This document shows positions 20,644-30,944 of a stretch of DNA of 64,000 bases, piece after piece. Under the pieces are notes generated by a model. It did not search any database, was not told the DNA's origin, and worked only from the letters and a program-made list of their open reading frames with translations. This stretch comes from an uncultured Acidimicrobiales bacterium (lineage in GTDB: Bacteria > Actinomycetota > Acidimicrobiia > Acidimicrobiales > CAVXTF01), in NCBI GenBank assembly GCA_963801315.1, contig CAWDEI010000002.1:17516-81515 (forward strand), given 5' to 3'. Both the position numbers and the translations under genes were made by a program. Positions within the stretch are counted from its first letter, which is position 1; each line of letters opens with the position of its first letter.

Positions 20644-22138
20644 TTGACTCGAAAGGTGCCGGTCGTCGTCGGGGGCGGGCAGTTCACGAACAGGATCGAG
20701 GACCCGGGGTCCGCTCCCGACCCGTTCGAGCTGATGACCGAGGCTGCAGGCAGGGCGGCTGCGAGCGCCGGCTCGAAGGACTGGCTCGGCCGCCTGACTC
20801 ACTGCTGGATGGTCCACTCGATCTCCCTGCGCCACGCCGATCCGGCAGCCGAGGTCGCCGCACGCATCGGAGCGCCCGGCAGGCGCCGAACGTCGCTGCT
20901 CGGGGATGGGGGGCAACATCCCGCAATGGCTCGTCAACCGCGCCGCCGACCTCGTCCGCTCGGGATCGCGACCCGTCGTGCTCGTGGTCGGAGCAGAGGC
21001 GCTCGCGACGCGCAGGCGCGCCAAGAAGGCGGGGATCCGCTTGGACTGGCCGTCATCTGACGGCTGGCCGGACATGTGGCCCCCGCTCGAACCGGACATG
21101 GGGGTCTCCCCGCTCGAAGATGCGCACGGCCTGAGGCAGGCCACAACGATGTACGCGCTCATCGAGTCCGCGATCGCCCATGCAGCAGGTGAGGACCGGG
21201 TTGCTCACAACCGGGCGATCGGTGAGCTGATGGCGGGCCTGAACGAGGTTGCGGTCGCGAACCCGTACTCGTGGTTCCCCGAGCGGCGCGACGCTCGAGA
21301 GCTCGTGACGGTGACTCCGGACAACCGCATGATCGCGACCCCGTATCCCAAATACCTGAACGCGGTGATGGACGTCGACATGTCGGCTGCGGTCATCGTG
21401 ACCGACGCTGAGACGGCCCGGCAGGAGGGCCTCGCACCCGACGCTGTCGCGTACCTCAGGGGATGGGCCGACGCGAGCGAGGTCTGGTACCTGTCGGAGC
21501 GGACCGAGGTCCACAGATCCCCGGCGCTCGAGGGCTGCTTCAGCTCGGCGCTCGGCACGGCCGGCCTCTCTGCGGACGACATCTCTTCGTTCGACCTGTA
21601 CGCGTGCTTCCCGAGCTCGGTCGAGGTGTCGCGTGACGCGTTCGGGGTCCCGCGAGGCGATCCCCGCCGCCTCACCTTGACCGGCGGCCTGCCGTACCAC
21701 GGTGGGCCGGGAAGCAATTACGTCACTCATGCGGTGTGCAACGCGCTCGAGCACGTCCGTTCGGGCTCAGGCCCCGCAATCGTGCACGGCAACGGCTACT
21801 ACCTCACCAAGCACGCGGTGGGTGTGTACAGCGGCGAGGCCCCCGACTCCGCTCCGGAGCCCGGTGACACGCCGGATCTCGGTACGCCGACGCTCCCCGT
21901 CGAGCCCGACGCGAGCGGTCAGGCGAGCATCGTCGCGTGGACCGTTCCCTACGGCCGCGACGGAGATGCCGAGCCCGGGATCATCATCGCCGACACACCC
22001 CGAGGTACGAGGACGATCGCACGTGCCGACAGCGAGCTGACCGCGTTGCTCTCAGGATCGGACCGCGACCTCGTCGGCGAGACGGTTCAGATCAGGCAGG
22101 ATCAGGATGGCGGCTCGAGAACCATGACGGCGTTGTAG
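20644..22138 (+). pseudogene. thiolase-like protein (acetyl-CoA acetyltransferase family), frameshifted
   Basis: ORF 20644..21060 (VPVVVGGGQFTNR...AARIGAPG) continues in ORF 20906..22138 (MGGNIPQWLVNRAADLV...YPKYLNAVMDVDMSAAVIV...). The shift lies in GGGG/GGGGGG runs at about 20900. The start is ambiguous (see findings). Confidence 0.7.
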
Positions 22139-23278
22139 CCGCCCATCCCGAGCGACGACTTGACGACGGGTGCACGAACGGCCTTCGTGATCCCGTCGAG
22201 CAGGCGAGGGTGTCCGGGTGCGACACGTCGAGGCGCAGGTATCAAGCCGGTCTCGAACCCGTGGAGGGTCGCCACGAGCTCTACCGACCCGGCGGCCCCC
22301 TGGCAGTGACCGGCGAGGGGCTTGACCGAGAAGATGCCCTCGGCCTGCGGGAAGAGAGTGTCGAGGACCTCTGACTCGCACGTGTCGCACTGCTTCGTGC
22401 CGGGCCCGTGCGCGTTCACGTACGCGATCTCAGAAGCGTCCACGCCGGAGTTGTCGAGGGCACCCCGGAAAGCACGGAACACCTGCTTGTGGTCGGGGTT
22501 TATCGAGATGGCGTGGTACCCGTCATGCGACATGGACCCGCCTCGGATGGTCGCGTAAGAGCCCGAAGGCTGCTTGGACACGATCATTGCGATCGTCGCC
22601 TCGCCTCCGACGAAGCCTCGGCTCCCCTCTTGGAACGGGCGGCACGCATCGAAGGCTGGCGACGTCGACTATGAGCACGCCGAGGTCGCTGAACGCCCGG
22701 ATGTTCTCAGGAGTCCCGGACAGGTCTGTCGCGAGCACGAGAACATCGGTCGCCAGGCCGGCATCGATCCACATCTTCGCGGTGAGGAGGGATGCGACGC
22801 CCGACGCGCACATCGCGGTGACCATCATGTTCGGGCCGTGCATGTCGAACTCCTGCATGATCCCCGACAAGAGAGTCGAGGGCATGAGGTTGAGCCACTC
22901 CTTCTTCGAGGTGTGGTAGCCGTGCCTGCGGTGGAACCCGCGCCATGCGCCGACGTCGCCGAGCACCACCCCGTCGATCAGCCCGACGACCTCGCCCGGG
23001 CGCCAACCACGGTCGTACGCGTCGCCGAACGCTTCGCGAACAGCGTGACGGGTAGCCCTCGCGTAGCGGCTCTTGCCGTCGGCGGGGTCCCCGCCCTCCT
23101 CGATGAGAGCGACCCAGACCTCGTCGGTGTCGAAATGCGTCCCGAAACCCGGAGTCAGTCGCACAGCTGACTCGCCCGACACGAGACCCTGGCGGAGCAG
23201 CTTCTGGCCCCACCCGTAGCCCGTGACGGCTCCGACTCCACAAATAGACACCCCGGCTTGCTGCGAGCTGGTGCCCAT
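22102..23278 (-). pseudogene. beta-ketoacyl synthase (KAS I/II-like), frameshifted
   Basis: The N-terminal part is in ORF 22523..23422 from ATG 23278 (MGTSSQQAGVSICGVGAVTGYG..., active-site VTAMCASGVAS). The C-terminal part is ORF 22102..22587 (FQEGSRGFVGGEA..., NAHGPGTKQCD, LAGHCQGAAG). The junction is at about 22645. Confidence 0.75.
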
Positions 23279-23643
23279 GGCCCTGGATCTCCTCTGCCTC
23301 CGGCAACGCCGGTCTATTCGTCCGAGCGGCCAAGCTCTACGTTGTGCTTCCGTTGATAGTAAAGGCCGGAAGTCGCGAATTCCGACTTTGCACTGAGTCG
23401 GTTTCCAACAATAACGGCCCAAATTCTCGCCACGACCGAACTGTCTTCACGCACGGAACCTCACAGATCGTGATCGAGACTGCTCAGGTCACGACTACTT
23501 TGCTCCCTGCGTGAGGGAATCACATCCGCGTAATTCGCGTGGTGGTTCTTTGACGCGATGCGTGACAACACCAGCAACTCATTTTGGACACGAACCGCGT
23601 GCCACAAGGTAAAGCTGCAGTTGGCAACCTCCGATAAAGAGGC

Positions 23644-26209
23644 ATGGTGCAAGCGAATCCAGGCGTCGCTCCGTTCGACTCCGGGCTGCCATATCCGGAT
23701 TCCGGAGCGCTGAGCGACCCACATCAGCGCTTCGCACTGTTCGCGGATCTGATGCACGTGGTCACCTGGGAGCTCGAGATACCAGGAGACGGTGCCGTCT
23801 GGCACGCCCCTGCCTCCGATCTCTTCGGCGACGACCTGGCCGCCGGATCGTTCCTCGTGCGCAGAGCACGCGACTCGGAGGAGTCCGACCCGTTCGTGTC
23901 GGTCGCGCCCGAGGACCTCGGCGACGCCCTCTTGGAGCCACTCATCGCCGGCGCCAACACGGGGATCACCTGGGACAGCTACGAGCTGCTCCAGGAGGTC
24001 GAGAGTCCCGACGGCGAGACGCACCGGGTCCTCGTTAGAGCGGTGGCGATCCCCGTTCAGGGGATGCGCCGGTTCTTGGGGATCGTCGCCGACGTGACGC
24101 ATTCGGGCGAGGTTCCGTGGGTCACCGTGGACGTCACCAGACGTCTCGAGCTGCTCGTCGAGCACTCGCCCGACGCCATCGTGGTCCACCAGGACGGCCG
24201 GATCGTCTACGCCAACCCCGCTGCGGCGAAGATCGTCGGCGAGGACCTGATGAGCGACATGGGCAAGCCCATCTCGTCGTACCTCCACCCCGACTACGTG
24301 AGGCCGACTCTCGAGCGCCTCACCCAGCTCACCGAGCCCGGCGACGCAATGAAGGGTCACGAGGCGGTGATCATCCGCGCAGACGGCGCACAGATCCCCG
24401 TCGAGGTCGCGAGCGTCCGCACGAGCTGGGGTGGAAAGCCTGCGTTCCAGGTGATCATGCGCGACATGTCCGAGCGCAAGCTCGCCGAGGAGGCCGCTCG
24501 AGCGCGGCTCGCGCTGGAGCGGCGATACGCCGCGGCGGTCGCCGCACTCGAAGAGGGCGTCGTCGTGATGGACCGCAGCGGTGCGGTGCGCGCCGCCAAC
24601 GAGTCGGCCGTCCGAATGCTCGGGCGTCGGCTTCACGAGGCACGCGGCGATGCGATATTCACGGGCTCCGACGTCGCCAGGCACGATCCCGCCGGCACGT
24701 TCGCTCCCGACGAGCTGCCGATCGCGGCCGCGCTCGAGCGCAGCGAGGTGACCACGAACGTGGTGCTCGGGGTGCGCGACGACGAAGGCAGAGACCAGTG
24801 GCTGTCGGTCAGCGCCCGACCGTTGGAGGACCAGGACGACAACGAGGCCGCCGTCGTCTGCTCTGTATCCGACATCACAGAGCGCAAGCAGCTGATGGAC
24901 AGGCTCGCCTGGGAGGCGCGCCATGACCCTCTCACGGGTCTCGCCAACCGAACGAGCTTCGTGGCCGCCGCACAGCGCGCTCATGACCTGCGTCACCGCA
25001 CAGGTCAGACTCTTGCTCTCTTCTGCTTCGATCTCGACCGCTTCAAGCTCGTAAACGACTCGCTCGGCCACGCCGTCGGGAACGAGGTCCTTCTCACCGT
25101 CGCCGAACGGCTCCGCCAGGCGATGCCGTGCGCACTGGCTCTGTGCAGGTTGCACGGCGACGAGTTCGCTGCACTCGAGCCAGGTGTCGGCGATACCGAC
25201 ACCGCATTGCAGCGTGCAGAGGAGCTCTGCGCCCGCCTCACCCAGCCGATGCGACTGTCGACCGGTCGCACGCTCACGATCACGCCGAGCGTCGGGGTCG
25301 TGCTGTTCGAGGACGGGCCGGCCGACGCCGCAAGCCTTCTGCAGGATGCCGACATGGCGATGCTCCAGGCGAAGACGAGGGGCAGGGGCAGGGTCGCCGT
25401 GTTCGACGCCGGCCTGCGAGAAGAGGTGGGCCAACGCCTCGAGCTCGAGCACGACCTGCGATCCGCCATCGGAAACGGCGAGCTGCGTCTCGAGTACCAA
25501 CCGGTCGCGTCCTTGTCGAGCGGCAAGATCCTCGGCATGGAGGCGCTCGTGCGATGGGAGCACCCGGAGAAGGGCCTCCTGCTTCCTCTCAAATTCATCG
25601 GTCTGGCGGAGGAGTCCGACCTCATCGTCTCTCTGGGACGCTGGGTGCTCGAGACGGGCTGCACGCAGATGGCGCGGTGGAGGGCCGTGCATCCCCAGGC
25701 CGAGCATGCTTTCATCGCGGTGAACGTGTCTCCTCGCCAGCTCGAGAGCGCCGAGCTGCTGCCGGCGCTGCGCGAGGCGCTGCAGAAGAGCGAGCTCCCG
25801 GCGGGCGCTCTGATGCTCGAGATAACAGAGAGCGGGATCGTCGCCGACGACACTCGCATGCACAGGCTTGTTGAACGAGCTGCGCGAGTTCGGCGTGCGG
25901 CTCGCGATCGACGACTTCGGCACCGGCTACTCGTCTCTCAGCTATCTGAAGCGGCTCCCCGTGAGCCATCTCAAGATCGACCGCTCATTCGTCAACGGGC
26001 TCGGGACGGACACCGAGGACGAGCGGATCGTCGCCGCGGTCACTGAGCTCGGTCACGGGCTCGGGCTTCGGGTCGTGGCCGAGGGGATCGAGAACCGCCA
26101 GCAGCGTCAACGTGCGCGCGAGCTCGGGTGCGACCTCTATCAGGGGTTCCTGCTCGCAAAGCCGTGCCGGCCTCGCGACGTTCCCGCGCTGCTCCGCCTG
26201 AACGCCTGA
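23644..26209 (+). pseudogene. PAS-PAS-GGDEF-EAL c-di-GMP signalling protein, frameshifted within the EAL domain
   Basis: ORF 23644..26046 holds PAS modules, RHDPLTGLANR, a degenerate HGDEF and EALVRWEHP. The EAL continuation LLNELREFGVRLAIDDFGTGYSSLSYLKRLPVSHLKIDRSF...VAEGIE...QGF is in ORF 25868..26209. The junction is at about 25865. Confidence 0.8.
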
Positions 26210-26234
26210 GACGTCCCGGCGGTTTCCGGCGGGT

Positions 26235-26429
26235 TCAGTCTCTCTGGATCGTCAGAGCGAGCTCGGGGCAGTTGTCTACGCCGCTCGTCGCGGCAGCCTC
26301 ACGCCCCTCGGGAACAGTGTCCACGAGAAGCACGCAGTGGCCGCGATCGTCTGCGTCGAACAGATCGGGAGCGAGCGAGTAGCAGCGCCCGTGACCCTGA
26401 CAGCGCTCCTCGTCGAGGATTATCCGCAT
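26235..26429 (-). CDS. small ferredoxin (P450-associated, single-cluster type)
   Basis: 64-aa ORF MRIILDEERCQGHGRCYSLAPDLF...CPELAL, showing the CxxHxxC...CP pattern. It lies 5 bp downstream of the P450 gene on the same strand. Confidence 0.8.
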   Translation of the reverse strand: MRIILDEERCQGHGRCYSLAPDLFDADDRGHCVLLVDTVPEGREAAATSGVDNCPELALTIQRD

Positions 26430-26434
26430 CGGGC

Positions 26435-27640
26435 TCAGCAGGGGGTGAACACGATGGGCAGGTTCTCCACCGAGCGAAGGCCGGGCGTGTACTCGAGCAC
26501 GGTGCCCTCGACGAGTGAGTAATCGGGGATGCGCTTGTGAAATTCACGGAGAGCCACTCGCAGCTCGAGGCGCGCCAGGTGCGAGCCGAGGCAGCGGTGG
26601 ACGCCGCCGCCGAATGCGAGATGGGGGTTGGGGTCGCGGGCCAGGTCCACCGAGTCGACTCCCGGATGCGCCCCGTCGTCCGTGTTCGCCGAGGCGATCA
26701 GCAGCATGACCTGCTCGCCCGCATGGATCGGGCAGCCGCCCACGTCAACGTCCGTCGTCGCCACCCTGGCGACCGCGGGCACCGGGCTTTCCCAGCGCAG
26801 CAGCTCCTCGATGGCGGAGGGGATGATCTCGGGGTGCTCGACGAGCTGCCGGCGGTGCTCCGGCTCCTGCGCGAGGTAGGCGAACATGCAGTCGAGCGAG
26901 TCGGTCACCGTGTCGAGACCGGCGATCATGAAAAGGAAGCAGATGTCGAGGATCTCGTCGTCCGTGAGCTTCTCGCCGTCGAGCTCGGCGGCCATGATCC
27001 GACCGAGGAGGTCCGACAGACCGGGGGCCTTGCGTCGCTCGTCGATCACGGCCTGGAAGTACTCGTAGATGTCCTGGGCGGTCTTCTTGCGGACCGGCTC
27101 CTGCTCCTCCATGGAGTTCCCGGGAGGACGGATGATCCCGTCTTTCATCGCGAGGAACTGGTCGAGGTGCTCGAGCGGCAGTCCCATCAGCTTGAGGAAC
27201 ACCGTGCAAGGCATCGGGACCGACAGCTCGGCGTGCAGGTCTGCGGTTCCGCTGCCCGCGAACTCGTCCACGATGCTGTTGAAGAGCTCGACCACCTCGT
27301 CTTCGAGCGCCGCCATCGCACGAGGTGCGAAAAGGGGGTCCAGGATGCGCCGGTACTTGACGTGCTTCGGAGGGTCCACCTGCAGCGGGATGAGTGGCCT
27401 GATATTTCCGAGCTGGACTGCTTCTGCGCCCGACGAGAACACGCCCGGGGTGCGCAGGGCCGACTCGATGTGCTCGCGGCGGGTGACGATCGTGAATTCG
27501 TCGCCGATCCTCATCACCGGCTGCTCCCGCATCATCCTGGCTATCGCCCGCGGATCGTCCGAGGCCGAAAGGTCAGGGATCAGCTGATAATCGGGCTCGG
27601 CGGCCACCGGCTCACCGTCGATTGCCCTGTCGATTGCCAT
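26435..27640 (-). CDS. cytochrome P450
   Basis: ORF 26435..27727. ATG 27640 is preceded by AAGGGGG. It has the heme-binding loop FGGGVHRCLGSHLA, an EELLRWESP (ExxR) motif and the I-helix AGLDTVT. About 401 aa, intact. Confidence 0.9.
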   Translation of the reverse strand: MAIDRAIDGEPVAAEPDYQLIPDLSASDDPRAIARMMREQPVMRIGDEFTIVTRREHIESALRTPGVFSSGAEAVQLGNIRPLIPLQVDPPKHVKYRRILDPLFAPRAMAALEDEVVELFNSIVDEFAGSGTADLHAELSVPMPCTVFLKLMGLPLEHLDQFLAMKDGIIRPPGNSMEEQEPVRKKTAQDIYEYFQAVIDERRKAPGLSDLLGRIMAAELDGEKLTDDEILDICFLFMIAGLDTVTDSLDCMFAYLAQEPEHRRQLVEHPEIIPSAIEELLRWESPVPAVARVATTDVDVGGCPIHAGEQVMLLIASANTDDGAHPGVDSVDLARDPNPHLAFGGGVHRCLGSHLARLELRVALREFHKRIPDYSLVEGTVLEYTPGLRSVENLPIVFTPC

Positions 27641-27740
27641 CGGGCAACCCCCTTTTGGTCCAGCGATCCACGCGCCCACCGAATGACCGCGGTGCGGTCG
27701 CCTTCCGAGTGAGGCGCCCCAGGGCAAAGATTAGCGTTTC

Positions 27741-27789
27741 CTGACGCTGGTGTCAGCATGACGCCCGTGTCATCTGACAGATGCGTCAG
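27741..27789. promoter_or_regulatory. array of three adjacent 16-bp palindromes ([C/A]TGAC-N6-GTCA[G/T])
   Basis: CTGACGCTGGTGTCAG (27741-27756), ATGACGCCCGTGTCAT (27758-27773) and CTGACAGATGCGTCAG (27774-27789). They lie between the P450 start (27640, -) and the HTH gene start (27865, +). Confidence 0.55.
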
Positions 27790-27864
27790 GGCCCCGCAGG
27801 CAGGCGACTCAGAAGCCAGGTGGGCCCAAAGTAGGATCTAGGCGGCAAAGACGCAGGAGGATCG

Positions 27865-28921
27865 GTGGGCGCGAACGGCGACAGGTCAACGAGCCGCCGC
27901 AGCAAGCGCCGCGGGGACAAGCTGCTCACGCCCCCGGAGGCCGGAGAGATGCTCCGAAGTGCGCGCGCCAGCCTCGGGATCGAGTTGCCCGAGGTCCACG
28001 ACCGCACGGGCATCTCGTGGAGGAACCTCGAGGCCCTCGAGGCCGGGGATGTCCAGCGGTTCTCCGACCCTGCCGCAGCTGCCGTCGCAATGAGGCGGTA
28101 TGCCGAGCTCGTGTCGCTCGACCCCGAGCCGCTCGTCAGATCCGTCACCTCGCCGGTTCTCGCTCTGGCGGGGGCACCGGCTCCGGGAGTCAATGCGTCG
28201 TGGGCTCCGGGACCTGCCGAGACCGAGGCCTCAGGGCACTTACGGCGCTACTACGGCGATCATTCCCACCTGCGATCGTTCACCCAGACCGCCCAGGTAC
28301 CTTCGGTCGGCGGCTGGCCGTCGGGTCAGGTGACCGGCACCGTCCCCCCTTCCGGGCCGGCGGGGGGGTACCAGGCTCCCAGTCGAAGACGAAAGGCCCC
28401 TTGGCCGTTGCGATTCATGATCTGGTTCGTTCTTTTCCTCGTCCTCGTGGGGGTGGCGGGCATTTCCATCAACCACTACAAGCCTCAATGGCTTCGCGAC
28501 ATCCACGTGCTCAGGAACACACCGAAGAAGGCCGCTGCTCCGAGCTCGAACAGTCAAAGCCAGACCCCACCGACTTCGCACCCGCGCCCGACCACTCCGC
28601 CTCCCGCGCTTGTAACCACGACTCGCAGCGGGATCGGGACGGCCTCCGTGAAGGTCGGCGTCGTCGAACTACTCCATAAAGATCGCGACCTTCAATTACT
28701 GCTGGGTCGAAGCTCAGATCCCGGGAACCATCAACCCCATCTTCGACCGGACGTTGACCCCGGGCCAGACCGTCAGCATCCCTGTCACCGGCGGCCAGGT
28801 GAGCGTCGAGCTCGGAGCCTTGGCGGCCGGGATGTCGGTTCAGATAGCAGGAAAGTCGGTGCCGGGGTGGACCCTGCATCCGAATGCGGTTCCCTTCATC
28901 GCGACCTTCACGAGTAGTTGA
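27865..28921 (+). pseudogene. RodZ-like membrane protein (N-terminal HTH, TM, C-terminal DUF4115-like domain), frameshifted
   Basis: ORF 27865..28917 has an XRE-type HTH (LLTPPEAGEMLRSARASLGIELPEVHDRTGISWRNLEALE) and a TM segment (FMIWFVLFLVLVGVAGI). After ...SVKVGV, the plausible C-terminal domain SNYSIKIATFNYCWVEAQIPGTINPIFDRTLTPGQTVSIPVTGGQVSVELGA...FIATFTSS* is read in another frame ending at TGA 28921. The shift is at about 28665. Confidence 0.65.
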
Positions 28922-28952
28922 CCCGCAGCTCACCGGACGGTTGACTGCACCG

Positions 28953-30873
28953 GTGACTTTCCTGGTGGACCACCCCCTTGCATCACTGAGCGCCGAAGAG
29001 GTCGAACTGGCGGTCAAGTCCGTCCGTGCAACCGGTCGTCTGACCGACGATGCCCGCTTCGCTTACGTGGGCATTCACGAACCTGACAAGCAGAGCGTTC
29101 GGTCGTTCACCGCCGGCGACGCCGTCGAACGCGAGCTTCGCCTCGTGATCGTCACCGATCCTGTGAGCAACCTGGTCGAAGCGGTGGTCTCCGTTCCCGG
29201 CGGGGAGGTGCGCTCGTGGGAGGAGCTCGAAGACGTCCGGCCATGCCTTCTCTTCGAGGAGTCGATGCGGGCGATCGACGCAGTGCGCGCCGATCCGGCA
29301 TGGAGGGAGGCCATGCACAAGCGGGGGATCGACGACTTCGACAAGATCCAGATCGATCCCTGGCCCGCCGGGAGCTTCGGGCTCGCCATAGAAGCCCAGA
29401 GGCGCATCTGCCGCTGCCTGTCGTACGTGCGTGACTCCCCCGAGGACAACGGCTACGCGAAGCCGGTCGAGGGGGTCGTCGCCTTCGTCGACATGGCGCG
29501 CGGGGAGGTCCTCGAGGTCGTCGACCACGGCGTGATCCCGCTGCCCCCAGAGAACGGCAGCTACCTCCCCGAGGACAACGCCCCGTTGCGTGACGACCTC
29601 CGGCCTCTCGCTGTCGTCCAGCCCGAGGGGGCGAGCTTCACCGTCGAAGGCAACCACATCAGCTGGCAACACTGGTCGCTCAGGGCTTCGATGGACGCGA
29701 CGGAAGGACTCGTCCTGCACTCGGTCGGCCTCGAGGACCACGGAAGGCTCAGGACAGTTCTTCACCGAGCATCGGTAACCGAGATGGTCGTCCCGTACGG
29801 GGAGCCTGGTCCGATGCACGGATGGAAGAACGCCTTCGATGCGGGCGAGTGGGGTCTCGGCCGAATGGCGAACTCGCTCGTCCTCGGCTGCGACTGCCTC
29901 GGCGAGGTCAGGTACCTCGATGCCGTCGGTTGCACGGAGAAGGGAAAGCCTTTTGTCCTTCGAAACGCCATATGCATCCACGAGGAGGACTACGGGATCT
30001 TGTGGAAGCACGTCGACATGTTCTCGGGGCGCACCGAGGTACGGCGCTCGAGGCGACTGGTCGTCAGCTCGATCTCGACGGTGGGCAACTACGAGTACGG
30101 CTTTTACTGGTACTTCTATCTCGACGGGACCATGCAGCTCGAGGTGAAGCTGACTGGCATCCTCTCGACGATGGCGGTCGCCCCTGGGGCACCCGCTCCG
30201 CGATTCGCATCGATGATTGCACCTCAGCTCGCGGCCCCGTTCCACCAGCATCTGTTCAACGTGAGGTTGGACATGGAAGTCGACGGCCCCGAGAACTGCG
30301 TCGAGGAGGTCGACGTCGTCGCGAGCCCTCCAGGGCCCGAGAACCCGATGGACAACTCGTTCGAGACGGTGAGTACGTTTCTCGCCTCAGAGCTCTCCGC
30401 ATGCAGGCGCATAGACCCGTCGCGAAGCAGGACCTGGAGGATCGTCAATCGCAAGGCGACGAACGGACTCGGTTTGCCCGTCGCCTACAAGCTCCTTCCC
30501 GGAGCGACACCGACGCTGCTCGCCGGCGGCGCTTCAAGCGTCGCTCGGCGCGGCGGGGTTCGCGACGAACAACCTGTGGGTGACTCGGTTTCACCCGGCG
30601 GAGCGAAGGGCAGCCGGCGACCACCCGAACCAGCACGCGGGCGGCGACGGCCTTCCGCGCTTCGTGAGCCAGGACCGCCCGCTTCTGGATGAGGACGTGG
30701 TCGTCTGGTACACGTTCGGCGTGACGCACATCCCGCGGCCCGAGGACTGGCCCGTGATGCCGGTCGAGTACGCCGGTTTCTCGCTCGTTCCCTACGGCTT
30801 CTTCGATCGCAACCCTGCTCTCGACCTTCCCCCGTCCGACGCCTGCGAGAGCAGCGGTCACGCAGCCGGCTGA
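28953..30873 (+). pseudogene. copper-containing (TPQ) primary amine oxidase, frameshifted
   Basis: ORF 28884..30692 has the TPQ precursor motif TVGNYEYGFYWYF and the Cu ligands FHQHLF. The C-terminal part, AGFATNNLWVTRFHPAERRAAGDHPNQH...WYTFGVTHIPRPEDWPVMP, is in ORF 30580..30873. The shift is at about 30550 in a GGGG run. The start is uncertain (GTG 28953 or 28965). Confidence 0.8.
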
Positions 30874-30902
30874 TCAGGCTCCCCGGACCCCACCCGGGAT
30901 TC

Positions 30903-30918
30903 CGGCGCCATGGCGCCG
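30903..30918. promoter_or_regulatory. 16-bp perfect palindrome CGGCGCCATGGCGCCG upstream of the aldo/keto reductase
   Basis: Seen directly, 27 bp upstream of ATG 30945. Function unknown. Confidence 0.3.
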
Positions 30919-30944
30919 CGATCGATCCGGATAAGGTCGTCGGC

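Noticed and set aside
23457-23470. 13-nt word cctcacagatcgt shared between 23457 and 34803, both upstream of plus-strand genes.
   Set aside because: In 64 kb, tens of exact 13-mer coincidences are expected by chance (about 64000^2/2/4^13). There is no extended similarity around the match.
23461-25923. Very long antisense ORFs: 820 aa here, 801 aa at 41252..43657 opposite gyrA, 714 aa at 61563..63707 opposite murJ, 434 aa at 52441..53745 opposite yidC/jag, and 453 aa at 208..1569.
   Set aside because: Their translations are Arg/Pro/Gly/Ala-rich and low in complexity, with no family motifs. They lie exactly opposite genes with clear homology. This is the typical stop-codon-poor antisense frame of high-GC DNA.
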